IMG/VR virus record: IMGVR_UViG_2974628062_000001
Location: 1 to 44,793 of that record
Reading direction: 5' to 3' (one strand)
Length of the DNA: 44,793 bases
Source: a virus
Lineage: Duplodnaviria > Heunggongvirae > Uroviricota > Caudoviricetes
Within the stretch, counting starts at the first letter, position 1. Every line of letters begins with the position of its first letter. Below the pieces are notes generated by a model that saw only the letters and a program-made list of their open reading frames with translations, ran no database searches and had not been told where the DNA came from. The position numbers and the translations under genes were made by a program. Of the stretch, positions 42,933 through 44,793 are shown piece by piece.

Positions 42933-43113
42933 TAAGTGCAGCGGTCGCGTCTTTATCGACCGGGTGTATTCTGAAAAGAAGCACGTAGAACTGTTCTGCA
43001 TTGGTTGCGGTAAGCGATGGATGCTAGATAAGACAAAGAGTAGGTTTGCAGCATGGCTATGGAAGAAGGAACAAAGCCACGCCAACGCCGCAATCGCAAG
43101 TCTCCCCGATTGA
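42922..43113 (+). CDS. Small zinc-ribbon protein, 63 aa (MYCNKCSGRVF...FCIGCGKRW)
   Basis: CxxC...CxxC; GTG 42922 preferred over the long upstream overlap. Confidence 0.7.
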   Translation: MYCNKCSGRVFIDRVYSEKKHVELFCIGCGKRWMLDKTKSRFAAWLWKKEQSHANAAIASLPD

Positions 43114-43589
43114 GATATTTCTATCTCAACGGTGATTTGCACAAAGTCCTGAGTGTAACACGTGCTCAGGACTTTGTGGTTTGTTGGAACTTTCCTCAGG
43201 GAAAGCGAGTCGGCTATGTATGGTCAGATGTCCGCAAGAATCATGGAAAGGCATTCAGGCTTCAGCAGGTTGCCGAAATGATTGGCAGGCATTACATTAC
43301 AATCAAAAGAGATATTCTAGAGGGAAGGATTAAGCCACCTCAAAGAATCTACGCATTTAACGAGAACAGAACTCCAGGTGCTTATTATATGTCTGAAGAA
43401 GACGTATATGCCCTTCACGATTACATGATGTCAACGCACATCGGTCGTCCAAGAGGCGACGGTAGAGTAACGGTTCGGGACATGCCATCCAAGGCTGAAC
43501 TTCGTGCTATGATGAAGCATGACCTCGTTACTTACGTGAAGACGAAGGACGGAGATTTCGTTCCCGTATGGAAGGAGCAAAGTTGGTAA
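43053..43589 (+). CDS. Helix-turn-helix DNA-binding protein
   Basis: FRLQQVAEMIGRHYITIKRDILEGRI (MerR/excisionase-like HTH). Confidence 0.7.
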   Translation: MAMEEGTKPRQRRNRKSPRLRYFYLNGDLHKVLSVTRAQDFVVCWNFPQGKRVGYVWSDVRKNHGKAFRLQQVAEMIGRHYITIKRDILEGRIKPPQRIYAFNENRTPGAYYMSEEDVYALHDYMMSTHIGRPRGDGRVTVRDMPSKAELRAMMKHDLVTYVKTKDGDFVPVWKEQSW

Positions 43590-43891
43590 AGGTTAAGCCC
43601 ACTTCATATGGGCCGATTGAAGATGAGCTGAGCGGAAGTACAGCGCTCGTTCAGGCTGCTGCTACTCTTGACGCAGCGGTGTTTCTTGCGGTAGAGTCGA
43701 AGAACGTTGACAAATTGCTTGACATTGCCGCCATGTGGATGGGCTTGGCCGAACGTCTGGGAATCGTCCTTGAAGAAGATGACGATGAGGATGATGATTT
43801 CCCAGAGCAAAAGGACAAGAAGCCATTCGGCTTTACACAAGTAACGTCAGATAAAGAACCTGTTAAGGAGGTAATTGTAGAAGATGCATGA
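43583..43891 (+). CDS. Hypothetical acidic protein, ~102 aa
   Basis: TTG 43583 with AAGGAG SD. Confidence 0.75.
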   Translation: MVKVKPTSYGPIEDELSGSTALVQAAATLDAAVFLAVESKNVDKLLDIAAMWMGLAERLGIVLEEDDDEDDDFPEQKDKKPFGFTQVTSDKEPVKEVIVEDA

Positions 43892-44108
43892 GGTTGACAA
43901 GACTCCATCAGCTCACCGAGTTAAGGTGTCTGTAGGCTATACTCGAAACATGGGTAACTTTGAGTCTCTGCGTGTAGACGTTGGTCTGGAATTGGACGGG
44001 GTTGGTAATCCAAACCCTACATTCGATAAGGCTTACTCTTGGGCAGAGGGAAAGTTGCTTGAGAAGGTCGCAGAAGTTGAAGAAGAGCTGAAGGGCATCA
44101 AGGAGTAA
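43884..44108 (+). CDS. Hypothetical protein, 74 aa
   Basis: ORF track; coupled to neighbours. Confidence 0.8.
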   Translation: MHEVDKTPSAHRVKVSVGYTRNMGNFESLRVDVGLELDGVGNPNPTFDKAYSWAEGKLLEKVAEVEEELKGIKE

Positions 44109-44109
44109 T

Positions 44110-44451
44110 ATGGCCACTAACACGGTAGCGAAGCAGGCATATGGCCTCATTAGTCATTACGAAAAGTGTTTCAGGGATAAGTACCCCTATGCGCCTACTG
44201 TGAACCGCTTCCGTGTGAAGTGGGGTTTTCAGGACATGGTGACTGACCTAGGCTACGATACTGCGAAGGAAGTTATTGAGTATTACTTTCGCACTGCGAA
44301 GCCTGGTCACCCTGTTGACTTCCTTTTGAACAACTACGATAGAATCAATGAGTTCATGAAGGAACGCCAAAAGGATGAAGCAAAGAGGGAAGAACTGCGC
44401 AGGCAGACTGAACAAAAGGTAAGGGAGATGGAAGACAAGAATGACCACTGA
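44110..44451 (+). CDS. Hypothetical protein, 113 aa (possible helicase loader)
   Basis: AAGGAG SD; immediately before the helicase. Confidence 0.8.
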   Translation: MATNTVAKQAYGLISHYEKCFRDKYPYAPTVNRFRVKWGFQDMVTDLGYDTAKEVIEYYFRTAKPGHPVDFLLNNYDRINEFMKERQKDEAKREELRRQTEQKVREMEDKNDH

Positions 44452-44793
44452 ACTTCAGGTAATTAGCGCAGTCTGCAAGAATAAGGATATCGGTGTTCTC
44501 TACGCCGAGAATGTTGATGACCTATTCACTGCGTATGGTGATGTATGGAAGTCCATTAAGAATCACTATGAAAAGTATAAGTCTGTTCCCGATATCGGGC
44601 TTCTGGAAGAGCGATTCCAGGAATTTGAGGGAGCAGATGTTAAGGGTGAGACTGCTTACTACCTTGACGAACTTCGTAATGACTACGTAAAGACGCGTAT
44701 TCAGACCATTATGAAGAAGGCTGCGGAAGCCATGCGAGAGGGTGAGGCTCCGGGCCGGGTTCTTGACAAGACCAACACTGCTCTGGCAAAGTT
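44441..44793 (+). CDS. dnaB: DnaB-like replicative helicase, N-terminal part (runs off the window)
   Basis: Read manually from ATG 44441: MTTELQVISAVCKNKDIGVL...VWKSIKNHYEKYKSVPDIGLL...YYLDELRNDY, resembling DnaB N-domain; no stop; catalytic domain not visible. Confidence 0.6.
   Translation, partial: MTTELQVISAVCKNKDIGVLYAENVDDLFTAYGDVWKSIKNHYEKYKSVPDIGLLEERFQEFEGADVKGETAYYLDELRNDYVKTRIQTIMKKAAEAMREGEAPGRVLDKTNTALAK

Noticed and set aside
1-44793. CRISPR array, integrase/repressor, IS element, rRNA
   Set aside because: No regularly spaced direct repeats, recombinase or transposase motifs, or rRNA-like sequence seen

Overview
The window is the left end and complete virion-structure arm of a large, apparently lytic, long-tailed dsDNA phage. 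GC is roughly 47-48% by eye. Gene content and order resemble the large Streptomyces siphoviruses of actinobacteriophage clusters BK/BE; this assignment is inferred from gene content and TTA-codon avoidance, not from a database search. Layout: (i) 1-~880, a palindrome-rich, nearly non-coding end region with two tiny membrane ORFs. (ii) 922-6014, a leftward block of small unknown genes, a C5 DNA methyltransferase coupled to an HNH-like gene, thyX, three tRNA-Thr isoacceptors and a secreted Rpf-like transglycosylase. (iii) 6177-11318, rightward: two paralogous GT-B glycosyltransferases, a class II (B12) ribonucleotide reductase with an NrdR-box-like operator, and an amidase-LysM endolysin. (iv) 11468-41340, a LamG protein, portal, protease-scaffold, major capsid, head-tail and tail genes, frameshifted tail chaperones, a ~2130-aa tape measure and a 2021-aa Fn3/CBM tail fibre. 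(v) 41361-end, HNH, metallophosphoesterase, holin, small DNA-binding proteins and the N-terminus of a DnaB-like helicase. No terminase, integrase or CRISPR array is visible. The most notable signals are a ~100-nt promoter/terminator-bounded structured sRNA after the endolysin, a dispersed over-represented heptamer GGCGGGT alongside apparent absence of GATC, a probable non-canonical (ATA) start for the tape measure, terminator/promoter fusions with many leaderless structural genes, a triple tRNA-Thr cassette with structured spacers, and a possible dual-start holin.
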